Source: Schizochytrium sp. TIO01
Lineage: Eukaryota; Protista; Bigyra: Labyrinthulomycetes
DNA: 64,000 nucleotides
Assembly: GCA_004764695.1 (NCBI GenBank)
Contig: SMSO01000033.1
Location: 1,736,001 to 1,800,000, forward strand
Reading direction: 5' to 3'
Below, one piece after another: positions 11,806 through 23,492 of this stretch (position 1 is its first letter; each line of letters opens with the position of its first letter). A model generated the notes under the pieces. The model was given only the letters and a program-made list of their open reading frames with translations, was not told the DNA's origin and did no database searches. The position numbers and the translations under genes were made by a program.

Positions 11806-12324
11806 AGGAGTCAAGCCGCCTCTTGCGCGTTTGCATATATATATTCTCAAACATGCACCATAAATTTCGCTCTCGCGCTATTAGTACACGCTTGCAGCTT
11901 GCACTCATCCGGCTATTCAACCCCTTCTTCGCTTTTCTGGCTCCTTTCCCTTTTGTATGTAGAATGGCTTTTCCAATGAGTGTTAAAGGCATCGCTAGCA
12001 CGGCTCTGTGCAGGACCCCCTTCCTCCATGTACTACCTACATACTACAGCCATTTTACTGGCTGCCTCCTTGGAATTTAAAAACAGATAAATAAATACAA
12101 ATTCATTTCTAAAGAAAGAAAACCCCGACCCTTTGAAGTATTGAAGCTATGATGAGCAAATGGAACACTTCGCTTTTAGGTGTGTTTTACATTTTATGAC
12201 GACATTGGGCGTATCTTTGACGGGAGCTACAGAATACCCTATAACAAAAGAGTAGTTATTTGTTCCTTTTTAAAAGTAAGTTCATAAGATCTATCTAAAC
12301 AAGGTGAAACGTCGTTTCTCGTTC

Positions 12325-14313
12325 TTAATAAAGATTGCGCAGCCTTTCATTTTCAGCTCGAAGTCGATTATTCTCCTCAACCAGGTCAGCAAATTTACTT
12401 GTGTAAGTATCAAGGACCTGTCTAATGTCACTCATTTGCAGACGGAATTGCCGCATCATTTCTAGCTGTACATTCTGCACGTCCTCTCGCACGTCTTGGC
12501 GTACATCATCAATCATATTTTCGACCTGCGTCATCCACTCTGCAGGCATTGTTGCTGCTGGTGAGAGTGCGACGTTGGAGGTTTTGTTGTTGTTTGTCAA
12601 ATCATTAGGCGTTTCAAAGTCTGCACTTCGCTTAGACTCAGAAATCATGCTTAAAACACTAGTGGCCTCCTCGTCCCGACGAGGTGGGGTGTCACGCCGC
12701 GCGCCCTGGCTCTGAGATGTGTTTGGTACAGAGCGTGGGCCAGGCGTAATGTCAGCGTCTTGTGCGCGTAAAGAAGATTTTACATTTTGAGAGCCTCTCA
12801 CAGGCCCTGGCGTTGGAGCTAGCTCAGGACGTGGCGATAATGGCGGTTCAGCTGCTTGCGAGCTTTCTTGGGAATGAGACGAGGCAGTAACATTCTTGTT
12901 ATCACTATCACTGCCTATTGCTCCTGGTGCAAGAGCTAGCTTTGCCAGTGAAGAAACCTGGTTCGACCCAGCACTTTGTGGACTCTGGTCTTCCTCAATT
13001 GGTCCCAGCTGTGAGGCATTCGCATGCGACCTTCCGGACGGCATAGGTGGGGGTTTTGCTGGAGAAAACAAATCGCTATGCGTTGTTTGACGTGGCTTCC
13101 TTAACTGAGCCTGCACACGAGAAGATTGAGCAGCTAAAAGCTCGGCATCACTTGAGTTGATCTCTCCCGCTGCTAAAGAGGTGTTTGTTGTTGCTATTGG
13201 TGCTGAGCTTCCAGCTACAGTGGCTGTGCTGGACAAAGAGGTCGACGAGCGAACCTCGCCCGACGCGCGTGATGTTTGAGTCCTGCTGGATGACTGTGTG
13301 CGTGAAGTGGACGAAGCGCGTGATGAGTTCATTGCAGAGCTCATGGATTTGCCTGATGGGGATGGAATATAAAATCGTACGCGAGCAACAGGGTGGGGTG
13401 CATGTACCTCAATTTTTTGCAATATAGTCATGCCACCGCGGAGCTCACAGAGCAGAACAAGACCAGTAGAGGTCCCGAGGGCAACTTTGTCTCCAGATGG
13501 CGCAAAACTGAGCGAAGTTAGTGCATAGTCTAGAGTTGTTTTCCGCAAAATGGTAGAGCGGCTCGAATCCATCATTAGCGCTGCTCCGTCGAGACCAACA
13601 CTCATAAGAAGTGTCCGATTAGCGGGAGAAAATGAAATGTCACTGGCAGCTCCTCGGTGCGCTTTGGGGAAAGAAGCCTTAATAGACAGTGTCGTGGTAT
13701 CCCAGACATAAACACTGCCAGAGTCAGAACATGTTGCAACGATATCGCGGCGAAAGGGGTTAAAGTGAACAGCACGGATTGGCGCTGCAGGTTGCTGAGA
13801 GCCACGATTCTCCTCTGTTGGCGTTTTAAGCACAGCGATGCGCTTATTTGAGGTAAGACTAAACACTGTCAGATCACCACTTGTACTGCCAGCAGCAACT
13901 TGGGCAGAGTCCATATTAAAGGAAATGCAAGTTGCTGGTGTAGTAAATGCATTATATGACTGTGCAACTCGGCGCATTTTGAGATCCCAGAGGCGCAGAT
14001 ACCCGTCTTCCGCAGCGGTTGCAGCGTAGCGTGACTTATTACAAAACGCAACTGCATTTACAGCTCCACGCTGGTCTACAGGAATAGGTAAACCTCCCAG
14101 GTTTTGATTCTTTTCGACTTGGCATAGCCCGACATTTCCATCATCACGGCTCATGATTAAAGCCTGGCCATGTGGATCAAAATCAAGCGACGTGAGCCTA
14201 GCAGACGAACTCTTATCCTGCAGAACGGTTTCACGCACTATCGTCGAGCAGTTACCACTCAGGACATGCATGGCTACCTCTTGCGCACATGATGCGAGTA
14301 ATAATTCGCCCAT
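12325..14313 (-). CDS. NEDD1: NEDD1 / GCP-WD gamma-tubulin ring complex targeting factor
   Basis: N-terminal WD40 propeller, Ser/Pro-rich linker, and the characteristic C-terminal helix VREDVQNVQLEMMRQF...LVEENNRLRAENERLR. Confidence 0.88.
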   Translation of the reverse strand: MGELLLASCAQEVAMHVLSGNCSTIVRETVLQDKSSSARLTSLDFDPHGQALIMSRDDGNVGLCQVEKNQNLGGLPIPVDQRGAVNAVAFCNKSRYAATAAEDGYLRLWDLKMRRVAQSYNAFTTPATCISFNMDSAQVAAGSTSGDLTVFSLTSNKRIAVLKTPTEENRGSQQPAAPIRAVHFNPFRRDIVATCSDSGSVYVWDTTTLSIKASFPKAHRGAASDISFSPANRTLLMSVGLDGAALMMDSSRSTILRKTTLDYALTSLSFAPSGDKVALGTSTGLVLLCELRGGMTILQKIEVHAPHPVARVRFYIPSPSGKSMSSAMNSSRASSTSRTQSSSRTQTSRASGEVRSSTSLSSTATVAGSSAPIATTNTSLAAGEINSSDAELLAAQSSRVQAQLRKPRQTTHSDLFSPAKPPPMPSGRSHANASQLGPIEEDQSPQSAGSNQVSSLAKLALAPGAIGSDSDNKNVTASSHSQESSQAAEPPLSPRPELAPTPGPVRGSQNVKSSLRAQDADITPGPRSVPNTSQSQGARRDTPPRRDEEATSVLSMISESKRSADFETPNDLTNNNKTSNVALSPAATMPAEWMTQVENMIDDVRQDVREDVQNVQLEMMRQFRLQMSDIRQVLDTYTSKFADLVEENNRLRAENERLRNLY

Positions 14314-15586
14314 GATTTATGAAAAAATGTGTACGGGAACAATACTCGTAAATTGCACAAACCTGAGGAATTTCGCAGCTCACACACAACCCACTCGTTC
14401 CGCTAAATTTACTCAATGCCAATACTTTCCTCCTTGTACAAACTCCACTTTCTCGTACAGCACAACTGCACCGAAGACCCCCCCCGCGTTCCTGAATGCT
14501 CTTACGAAAAGGGCACAGCGTTTTCAACCCAAGTAAGAAAGAATCAAAGAAGTTGAAGCAGAAGCACCAAAGTGAAAGTGAACAACGGTTGTTGCCGCTG
14601 GAGCCCACCAAGTTCACAGCCCGTCCTTCTCGGCACTTGCGTTTGCTCCTCAGCTGGTCCAGACGCTCTGCCAGCCAGCGGACCGAGTCACTACCTCGTC
14701 TGCAGCCCGAGCCTGCTCTGCAGCCCGAACTTGCGCGCAGCCCGAACAAAGTCTGCGGCTTCTTCAAGCTCATCATCTTTCACCTTCTTTTTCAATGATC
14801 TCTCCATCATTCTCAAAACCATTCTCAGTCCTCCTCACATTTACTATGGCATGTCATATTCGATACCCTTTCGGTACCCAATTTACCTCTTGAGATTTTC
14901 CCTTTAATCGCAGTTCTCTCTTTTTCTGATTACAATGATCAACTTTAATTAGAAATGAAAAAATCTGCCATTAATTGACCCGCGAGATGCTATGATCTTC
15001 TTAAAGTATGGCTGTTTCGCATTTCAAGGCCTCTACTAGCTCATGGGCTAAACCTTAGGAGTTTCACTTCCCTCGACCAAGCAGGTCATATAGAAGATTC
15101 CCTAGCAGTGCGGTATGTCAACTTTTGGGGCCATTTGCAACATTTGGTACAAAGAGGGCCAAAATTAAAAAACAGACTTAAAAGGGTGGAAATAGACCGG
15201 CGACTCGGAAAGCGTGGCCTCCACGAAGCTCGCCATCGATGGCTCCAACTCCCCTTCGTTCGCGCCTGTTACGCTACTGCTGCTGGTCGGCGCGCAGACC
15301 CGCGGGCTTATAAATTAACACCGTGCAAATCATCGCACCGCAGATACAACGCAAGCAAAACCTACAGGTTAGCATCGAGGCAGAGGCCGCGGCGGAGATC
15401 CATTGGATCTTCTTGGTCTAGAGCTTCTCTGCTTTTGGGTGCTCCAAAGGCCGTGTGGTGAACTTTCAAGAACAACTCTGGACCTCGGGAGATATCTCTA
15501 GGTCTTACTGAATTTGTTCTCGCAGATTTCAGGTGAAAGGCAAGGTTGAAGTAAATTTTGCGAGTAACTCGATAAATTAAGGCAAG

Positions 15587-16696
15587 ATGTCGGTCGCTCA
15601 GAAGATTGCCGAGATCGAAAATGAAATGGCCAGGACCCAGAAGAACAAGGCCACGGCTAAGCACTTGGGTTTGCTGAAGGCCAAGCTTGCTAAGCTTCGA
15701 ACGGAGCTGCTGATTGGTGGAAAGTCCGGTGGTGGCGGTGGTGGAGATGGCTTCGATGTGGCAAAGTCTGGTGATACCCGCATTGGTTTCGTAGGATTTC
15801 CGTCCGTTGGTAAATCAACACTACTGACAAAACTTACTGGTACATTCTCCGAGGCTGCAAGCTATGAGTTTACGACTCTCGTAGCCACTCCGGGTCAACT
15901 TTACTACAAGGGCGCCAAGATCCAGATGATTGACTTGCCCGGTATCATTGAGGGTGCCAAGGATGGTAAGGGTCGTGGTCGCCAGGTTATTGCCACCGCG
16001 CGTACCTGCAACATGCTGTATATCGTGCTCGATGCCTCCAAGCCCATGACCCACAAACGTATCATTGAGAAGGAGCTTTACGGCTTTAACATTCGTCTCA
16101 ACCAGCAGCCACCAGGCATCCTCGTCCGCAAAAAAGAAAAGGGTGGTATCGCTTTCACAAACACAATGTCGGAGAAGCCGCGCAACCTTGATCTTGAGAC
16201 CGTCACGGCCATTCTTCGTGAGTACAAAATCCACAACTGCGATGTGGTTCTACGCGAAGACTGTACTCCGGATCAGCTCATCGATGTTCTCGAGGGCAAC
16301 ATTGTCTATATGCCCTGCATCTATGTCCTCAACAAGATCGATGCCATCTCCATGGAGGAGCTCGACCTTTTGAGCAAGGTGCCCCACTACGTACCCATCA
16401 GTGCTAAGGATGAGTGGAACTTTGATGAGCTGCTCGAGACGACCTGGTCTATGCTCAACATGATTCGTATCTACACCAAGCCAAAAGGACAAATTCCCGA
16501 CCTGTCCGCGCCCGTTATTCTTCACCAAAAGTCTCCTACTGTTGAGGCCTTTTGTCTTCGTTTGCACAAGAGTCTTGCTAAGGAGTTCAAGCATGCCCGT
16601 GTCTGGGGTAACAGCGTGCGTCACCAGCCGCAGCTTGTTGGTCTCAACCATGTGCTTACAGACGAGGACGTCGTGCAAATCATCAAACGAGTATAA
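15587..16696 (+). CDS. DRG1: Developmentally regulated GTP-binding protein 1 (OBG family, TGS domain)
   Basis: [54 protein letters not shown] and a C-terminal TGS domain. Confidence 0.96.
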   Translation: MSVAQKIAEIENEMARTQKNKATAKHLGLLKAKLAKLRTELLIGGKSGGGGGGDGFDVAKSGDTRIGFVGFPSVGKSTLLTKLTGTFSEAASYEFTTLVATPGQLYYKGAKIQMIDLPGIIEGAKDGKGRGRQVIATARTCNMLYIVLDASKPMTHKRIIEKELYGFNIRLNQQPPGILVRKKEKGGIAFTNTMSEKPRNLDLETVTAILREYKIHNCDVVLREDCTPDQLIDVLEGNIVYMPCIYVLNKIDAISMEELDLLSKVPHYVPISAKDEWNFDELLETTWSMLNMIRIYTKPKGQIPDLSAPVILHQKSPTVEAFCLRLHKSLAKEFKHARVWGNSVRHQPQLVGLNHVLTDEDVVQIIKRV

Positions 16697-17484
16697 CTTA
16701 AAAAACATATCAAAAATTTCATACCTATTTCTCATCCACTCAACTTCTTGCTTCTTTGATTATCTGTGGCTTTTGTTCCTGTGCGGAAACAGTCTCTTCG
16801 CCTTCTCTGTTTTTCGCAAAGGTCCCAGTTTCCCAACATTCCTGCATATTTGCTTTATTCTAGCACCAGTTATAGTACGTTTTCTTTTGGGATTACATTA
16901 TGTACCATGGTAACTAGATCGGGCCATATATGAATGTCCTTGCTGACCCTTTGACATCCTGTCATGGCACTGGTATCGACTGATGCTCTTTGTATAGGTC
17001 CAAGAGCAGCTATTTCGGAACCATTTCACACCAAAAAGCGCTTGCGAGGGGGTAAACTTGCTTCTTAGCTTTATTATAGCATACATGACAAAAGATGGAT
17101 ACACCCAAATATGTTGAAAAGAGCACATATATGTGGGCATTTCAATCTAGTGATGGCTGATAGACGAAGAAAGCAACCGATCGGCTATCCCCGTTTTCTT
17201 ACACCTGGTCACTTTTGAGTGCTTACAGTTACTGATAGATACCTTAAGACCAGCTTAAGAAGGAGTGAACGTGTGCACAGAAAACAAAGAGAAGCGCAGT
17301 AAACGACCAAAGCAAAAGCCGCAGGCCGCGGAGACCCAGTAGAGTTTGCGCTGCCACCCGTGTATAACGTTTCCCCAAGCTCTGCGTGGATTTGCATCCA
17401 TACAGGCTAAGTCCGGGCAAAGACATAAAAGTTCTGTCTTAGGAAATAGTTGCGCTTTGTGCAACGCAAACTTGAGCAGCAGCA

Positions 17485-19935
17485 ATGAGTGAGACAGCAG
17501 CAGCACCCTCCTCAGCTTCTACTACTTCGTCTTCTAAAGCATCAAAACCTGCAAAGCGTGAGAAGAGAAGTGAATCTAGGGCGATGGAGACTGGTGCCCC
17601 CAAGCAAGCTTCACCTCGATTTAGGGGAAGAGTTCATTCGTGGGAGGCTTGGGATCTAGACAGATTTCCATGGGAGCAGGAATTTGGAGAAGCACCCACG
17701 GAGCATCAAAATGATATCAGACCTCTTTTCTCTGCATCCACGATTCGTGCAAGGATTGCAGCAATCCAAGAGCCTTACGTAGAGCAACTGCGACAACAAA
17801 TTCAGCAGGAGGAAAAACGTGAAGAAATAGAGTCCTGGAAGCAGCCAGGGTTGGATCAAACGTCTCAAATTATTGACCTTCTCGACACAACTCGTAGCGT
17901 GCGGTCCCGGTCCTTCGACTCTGGGCCCTTAACTCTTGTAGAAACAGCCAGTCGGACATCGTCGGCTCGTGACCCTGTTAACTATGACGTCTACAACTGG
18001 TACGCTCAAATCGACGAGGGGGTTCGTGAGTTGTGGATGTTGCTGCCATCAAGCACTATTGTACACAAGGGGTTACCGAATGTAATCGATCTTCGGGCAC
18101 CGTGGCAGGACCTTGCACGCACTCGTGCTATGACAAATATCACAATTGTGAGGCGGCGAGGAGGCAAAGGGAGCGGGGGAATGAGCGTTATGGGAATCAA
18201 GCTGGCACGGATTGTCGGCGAGCTGCTTTTCACGTTGCAGCGATCACACCGTGCACGGCTACACATTTTACATGCTCTTGCCCAAAAGGACCGCTCCTCA
18301 ATTGCACGCGTAGCAAACTGTCTTGTGCAAAGTATTCTTCACCCTGTAGCGATTTCTGACGGTGTGCTTCTTGAATGGTTAGCTCATCTTCTGGTTGCAG
18401 TGAGCTCCGGAGCGCTTGGTAAAGGCACACTGTGGAATGTCCTCACAGCAATTGCGTCACGGGAAGACTGTGGTCTAGGGGGGGCACTGGGACCGCACTC
18501 TTGCGAACACGAATCTTTGAAATGGACTCCAAGTGACTGGGCGCTTCATGCCCCTGTACCTATCCGGCGTGTTGCCCAACTTGTTGCAGCTACTGCAAAA
18601 GAAACAGGTATTACTGTGGAACACTTTCTGGTCGAGGCTTGGCTGGTGCCTCGTCTTGTTGCTATTGGCAGGGACCAAGATGCAGCTAATGTAAGTCGCG
18701 AAGGCCTTCCTTCTGGGATTGTTCGCGCTATTTTAAAATCAAAACTCCCGGCACCCGACCGCTGCGATCGTGGCGAGCTCTGTGGATTAGTTACTTTACG
18801 TGGAGAAGAGGTTATCGCGCTTATGCATGCAACCCTACTGGCAAGCGAAACTACATTTACGGAGTCGATCGATACCCCTCCTAACGAATCAGGTGTGTCA
18901 GCTATTGCTCACTTGCGCGTGTGCGCGGAGAAGCTGCGCAATATCGATGTCTCCCCAGTGAAGGCTCATGAATGGTATGCTATCCCCTTGCAAGATTTTC
19001 GAGCCCACCATCTAACACAATGTGATGCGGATAAAGTTGCTTGGATTTGTCTTCGTATTCAATCGTTACACAACCTGATGATGCGAATCGAAGAAACCCT
19101 CGCGCGTGAAGCTTTGTTGCAAGATAGTCCACCGGCGTTACATACACGGTGCTTGGAAATGTCCGCAATTGTGGATGAGCTGAACTCTTGCCGAGGGGAG
19201 GCAAGTATGATTTGGAACTTTGTGGACCAGATTAAAGGAAACTTGGCCTACCTGAGACGTCGAGAGAGGTCAATGTCTGCAACCGCCATTGATGAACCTG
19301 ATGAACCGGATGAGGTTGAAGAAACAGAAGAGACCTCTGAGCCCGCAGTTCAAGCGCGTGAAGAATCGGAAGAATCAGAAGAACCGGAAGAGTCAGAAGA
19401 AGACAGTGCTCTTTCTGAAACCTCAGTTGAAGAGGTCGATGATGTAGAGTCACATCGCAGTGCGGAACTGGACGAGACACCTGATAGCTTTGCAATTCGC
19501 AAAGCGATTACTGCTATCAAGCAACCTTGCCCAATGCTGGAAATAGTCTATCAAGGGAAAAGTAGTATGCCTCCACGATCTTGCATTTACGAATTAAGTC
19601 AAGATGAAACGCAAATTTACATTACAAGTGAGGTAGACTATAATCTTGAGGAGACCTTTGGAATTGAGGCCATTCGCAGAATTGAGATGGGCATATCATC
19701 CATATCACCTTCGAGTGCAGGCATTGGGCATAGTGGTGCATCTTTGGGATGCTGCTTGTTTATGACCTTACAGGATAACATTACTTTACAGTTAGTAGCA
19801 CCAAGCGCTATCCAGGCACTGTTGTGGACATTTGGAATCCAACAAGTTGGAGCTTCGTGTGCTAAAACAATGACTCCCATCCATTTTCGCAAACTCCTAG
19901 ATGAGTATGCTCGTCGCCGGGATCAACTTGACTAG
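17485..19935 (+). CDS. Hypothetical 816-aa protein with a C-terminal PH-like domain and a possible degenerate RasGAP-like central region
   Basis: Long uninterrupted ORF. C-terminal FGIEAIRRIEMG...CCLFMTL...TLQLVAPSAIQALLWTFGI fits a PLC/Num1-type PH fold, preceded by an acidic linker. Confidence 0.7.
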   Translation: MSETAAAPSSASTTSSSKASKPAKREKRSESRAMETGAPKQASPRFRGRVHSWEAWDLDRFPWEQEFGEAPTEHQNDIRPLFSASTIRARIAAIQEPYVEQLRQQIQQEEKREEIESWKQPGLDQTSQIIDLLDTTRSVRSRSFDSGPLTLVETASRTSSARDPVNYDVYNWYAQIDEGVRELWMLLPSSTIVHKGLPNVIDLRAPWQDLARTRAMTNITIVRRRGGKGSGGMSVMGIKLARIVGELLFTLQRSHRARLHILHALAQKDRSSIARVANCLVQSILHPVAISDGVLLEWLAHLLVAVSSGALGKGTLWNVLTAIASREDCGLGGALGPHSCEHESLKWTPSDWALHAPVPIRRVAQLVAATAKETGITVEHFLVEAWLVPRLVAIGRDQDAANVSREGLPSGIVRAILKSKLPAPDRCDRGELCGLVTLRGEEVIALMHATLLASETTFTESIDTPPNESGVSAIAHLRVCAEKLRNIDVSPVKAHEWYAIPLQDFRAHHLTQCDADKVAWICLRIQSLHNLMMRIEETLAREALLQDSPPALHTRCLEMSAIVDELNSCRGEASMIWNFVDQIKGNLAYLRRRERSMSATAIDEPDEPDEVEETEETSEPAVQAREESEESEEPEESEEDSALSETSVEEVDDVESHRSAELDETPDSFAIRKAITAIKQPCPMLEIVYQGKSSMPPRSCIYELSQDETQIYITSEVDYNLEETFGIEAIRRIEMGISSISPSSAGIGHSGASLGCCLFMTLQDNITLQLVAPSAIQALLWTFGIQQVGASCAKTMTPIHFRKLLDEYARRRDQLD

Positions 19936-20691
19936 GCTTGTTTCGGGACTGGGGTTGTGCTCCTGTAAAATTTTATCAAGAAAAACATTTAAGCCTATAT
20001 TTTAAAAAATAACACAACCCAAGCCTAACCTTTGGCTGTTTATTTTCACAAGTTCAGGGAGCTTAAGCATCTCAGCTCTATTCTGTCCTGTTGTTGACAA
20101 CGCTACAGTTCTGTTATTCATCATCAGCTTACTAGGACTTTGCAAGCAGCTGAAACCCCTCACCCTAAATGCCCAAATCTGGCGCCGGGTTAATAGTGTT
20201 TCTTTCCGCACTAAAACCCTGCAGGAAAAAGTGTCACCTTAATAAGCTTCCAACCACATCAACAATTTGATCTAGCCTTCCATGGTACAAATATTCTTTT
20301 CATGCGGGTTTCACCTATTTGCACAAACCTCGCTGCGAGTTACCATCAAAGTCGAGAAGCAATCCGTTCTTAAGATCCGACTTCTCATTCATTTATCGAG
20401 AACAACAACAAGAAGATAAAGAGCACTAGACTACGTCTAGCTAGACTACTTCTAGCTAGCTCTTTAAATAAAAGTACAGCAGGAAGAATAAAGAAGAATA
20501 AAGAAAGGAATCGCTTGAAGTCAAAGGAGATTTGCTTTTCCCTAGAAGCAAGCCAAAGCAAGAACGAGCAAACAACTCGTCCAGCGAGCAACCCGGCAAC
20601 TCAGTGCGTCGCGAACAAACAATCACGTTGCATTTTCTTGCGTATCCTCAATCTGTTGCGTGTGTAGATCTTTATCGAGCTCTTCAGCATC

Positions 20692-21411
20692 ATGTTTACG
20701 GGCATCGTAGAGGAGATGGGCAAGGTGGTGAGCATGCAGGAGGAGGATGGCCTGTTGCTCTGGGATGGTTCCACTGGTAAGGGATACGTTTTGGTGATTG
20801 AGTGCAAAGTTGCACTCGATGGATGCTACTTGGGAGCATCAATTGCCGTGAATGGCGTGTGCTTGACCGCGACAGCATTTGATGAGAAGACTGTCACATT
20901 CGGAGTTGCGCCGGAGACCATCCGGCGCACTAACCTTGTGCGCCTCAAGCCTGGCGATCCCGTCAACGTGGAGCGTGCTGCCAAGATGTCTGATCGTAAC
21001 TCGGGACACTATGTGCAGGGCCACGTTGACAACACCGGTGAAATTGTTAACAAGCGCCAAGATGCGGACTCCCTCTGGATCACCATCAAAGTGGCACCAG
21101 AGATGCTCTCTGGAATCGTCCACAAGGGCTTTATCGCTGTTGACGGTACATCACTAACTATCTGCGACGTTGATCCTTCAGCGAGCACCTTTAACTTCAT
21201 GCTCGTGGCCCACACCCAAACTGCTGTCATCATTCCAAAGAAAGAGGTGGGTGACCTCGTCAACCTTGAGCTCGACGTTATGGGCAAGTTCGTGCAGCAG
21301 TCCATGAAAACTTTGACAGATCGTGTGGCCGCACTTGAAAGCAAGGTCACTGATCAGCTTAGTCTTATTATGCAGCGCCTTGACAAGCTTGAAGCCAACC
21401 AGCAACAGTAA
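20692..21411 (+). CDS. RIB5: Riboflavin synthase (alpha-chain type)
   Basis: Invariant N-terminus MFTGIVEE; two lumazine-binding repeats (SIAVNGVCLT, VNVERA, GHYVQGHVD, FIAVDGTSLT, VNLELD). Confidence 0.96.
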   Translation: MFTGIVEEMGKVVSMQEEDGLLLWDGSTGKGYVLVIECKVALDGCYLGASIAVNGVCLTATAFDEKTVTFGVAPETIRRTNLVRLKPGDPVNVERAAKMSDRNSGHYVQGHVDNTGEIVNKRQDADSLWITIKVAPEMLSGIVHKGFIAVDGTSLTICDVDPSASTFNFMLVAHTQTAVIIPKKEVGDLVNLELDVMGKFVQQSMKTLTDRVAALESKVTDQLSLIMQRLDKLEANQQQ

Positions 21412-21923
21412 TTAACATTCAGAATTTCCTCTTCTTGCCTGTTGAGAATCCCCGCGGAACTAGAAAAGCTTCGGTCCACGGCCCTTGCCAATGGTGCGCT
21501 AGAGCTGCACACCTTTGACAAGGAACAGCGTACAGTTTTCCTGGAGCTGACTGAATAGCCCTATGCCACAGCTCTGACTAGATAATTTTTATTTCCCCTG
21601 TTTCCTTTAAACAAGAAAAAGAAATCAACCCTGTAATTGAACATTGCTTTAAATCTTGTTGTACCTAACTCTTCAAGAGAAGAATCTAACATTTTACAAA
21701 TTAATGGAATAACATTTGGCGTCTTGCAAATGAATTTTAATGTCGACACTAGTATCTTTCCATGAAATAAGCCTGGGCGAATGCATGTATTTATGTAGAA
21801 ACAGGGAAAGCTTTAGGCCGTGTTCTTCTCCAAGAGGAAAAAACCTTAGGTTGATAAAAGATATGAATGTATATGCTTAGGTAATGATCGACACAAATTT
21901 GAAAAACAATGTCCAGATCTTGG

Positions 21924-23492
21924 TTATTGAAAATAGCTAGACTTGATGTGGGCAGGCTGGTTCTCTCGGGAAGCCTTCATCTGTTTGAGGATTACTTGGG
22001 CGTGTGGCCTATAGGTTTTCTTCACAAGTGAATGGACCGCATGGTCATCGACAATAGCCTGGAAACGATCCATGTTAATTTTTGCTTCCACTGGAGTCAT
22101 GCGTGTTGGGATATCGTCATCCCGAGCGCGCTTTTCTTCTACCTGACGATCTAAAGCATCGCGAAGGTCCGCAGCTTGCTGTAGGCGGCGTTCTTTTGCT
22201 TGTAAGTCGATTTGACGCTGTTGAGCCGCAAGCTGCTTGGCGAGCTTTGCAGATTCATGAAATTCAACACGTTCCTGACGTTTTGCTGCCTCCCTATTTG
22301 CGATGAGTCCTTGGTTTATTTTTTGAGCTTCGTCGAGTTTCTTTTTACGATCAGCCGCGGCTTTAGCAGACCGTGCAATTTCTGCTTCACGACGTTCCTT
22401 TTGCACACGGTTGATTCTCTCCTGATCGGCAATCTCCCGAGCTCGAGCATCGGCTGTGGCGAGCAGAAACTGCTGTTGGTTAGTGGAAGCTTTATTCTTG
22501 AGCATGTCTAAGTGGCGCAGGCGGGATTGTTCCTCTCGCTCAAGCTTTGCAGCATGCTCCTTGCTTCGTTGAATATCTTCATCCCAGTTACGCTTTTTTT
22601 CTGCCTCCCTAATGGCACGTTGTTCTTCAAGTTCTTTAGTGAACTGCACGTAAGTAGCCTGATCCTGCAGAATTCGATCTTTTCTACGCTGCTCTACTGC
22701 GGCAAGGTCAGCTTTGATACGCTCCAGCTCCGCAGCCTCTTCTCTAACCTTTTGCTGTTGACGGCGACGTTCTGCCTCACGGCGGGCAGCTAGCTGCTTT
22801 TCGCGAAGTTCTTTGTCGAGCTGAAAACGCTCACGCTCCTTTTGTTGCTTCTCCGCCATGTGTTCCTCGTAAGCGCGAGTCTGTCTTGCTACTTCTTCTC
22901 CATATGCTTCTTCCTCTTTACGCTCTAGATTACGCCGGTGCCGAACTTCGTTGACCTGCTTATCGAGGATATCCCGCACAGCCTTTTTCTTGGCAAGATC
23001 GTTTTGTCTGCGCTGCTGTTCTTCGGTGAGATACTTGACTCGGTTGTACTCCATCAAAGTCTGATAGTCATCCTGCGGGAGCTCAGTATCTTGGCTACTT
23101 TGCGAGGCGTGCGCCTGAGTAGTTTGAATTTTGTTGGAGTCTGCCCGTTTACGGCCCTGTGATTTTGCCAACGCTGCTTCACTTTGGCGTTGGTTGTATA
23201 CCTCCACAGCAATTTCCCGAACACGATCTTCGAGGGTACGAAGGTGGGCTTCACTGATGTTGATGCGATGACATCTCTTGAAGAGTTCATCAATTTCATT
23301 TTGCACTAAGCTATCAAAGCTTTCCCATGCTGAAGAAGCTGACTTTGGAGGTGCGTATGCAGTCATAAGCTTTTGCTTTATTTCATTGCTTAGTGAAACA
23401 CGCCTGCTTGCCGCAGTGCCATTCTTCGATTCTGTCAAGAGTCGCTCGAGGTGCACACGTCTACTGCTGCGCTTTGAGCCGTCGGTTGACAT
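21924..23492 (-). CDS. E/R/Q/K-rich coiled-coil protein, trichohyalin-plectin homology (TPH)-like; possibly flagellar
   Basis: 522-aa ORF that is almost entirely charged helix, with LDKQV/LDRQV motifs typical of ciliary TPH-type proteins. The flagellar role is inferred. Confidence 0.7.
   Translation of the reverse strand: MSTDGSKRSSRRVHLERLLTESKNGTAASRRVSLSNEIKQKLMTAYAPPKSASSAWESFDSLVQNEIDELFKRCHRINISEAHLRTLEDRVREIAVEVYNQRQSEAALAKSQGRKRADSNKIQTTQAHASQSSQDTELPQDDYQTLMEYNRVKYLTEEQQRRQNDLAKKKAVRDILDKQVNEVRHRRNLERKEEEAYGEEVARQTRAYEEHMAEKQQKERERFQLDKELREKQLAARREAERRRQQQKVREEAAELERIKADLAAVEQRRKDRILQDQATYVQFTKELEEQRAIREAEKKRNWDEDIQRSKEHAAKLEREEQSRLRHLDMLKNKASTNQQQFLLATADARAREIADQERINRVQKERREAEIARSAKAAADRKKKLDEAQKINQGLIANREAAKRQERVEFHESAKLAKQLAAQQRQIDLQAKERRLQQAADLRDALDRQVEEKRARDDDIPTRMTPVEAKINMDRFQAIVDDHAVHSLVKKTYRPHAQVILKQMKASRENQPAHIKSSYFQ

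Noticed and set aside
20300-20691. Possible FMN riboswitch upstream of riboflavin synthase
   Set aside because: No RFN consensus elements are visible, and FMN riboswitches are not known from eukaryotic nuclear genes.
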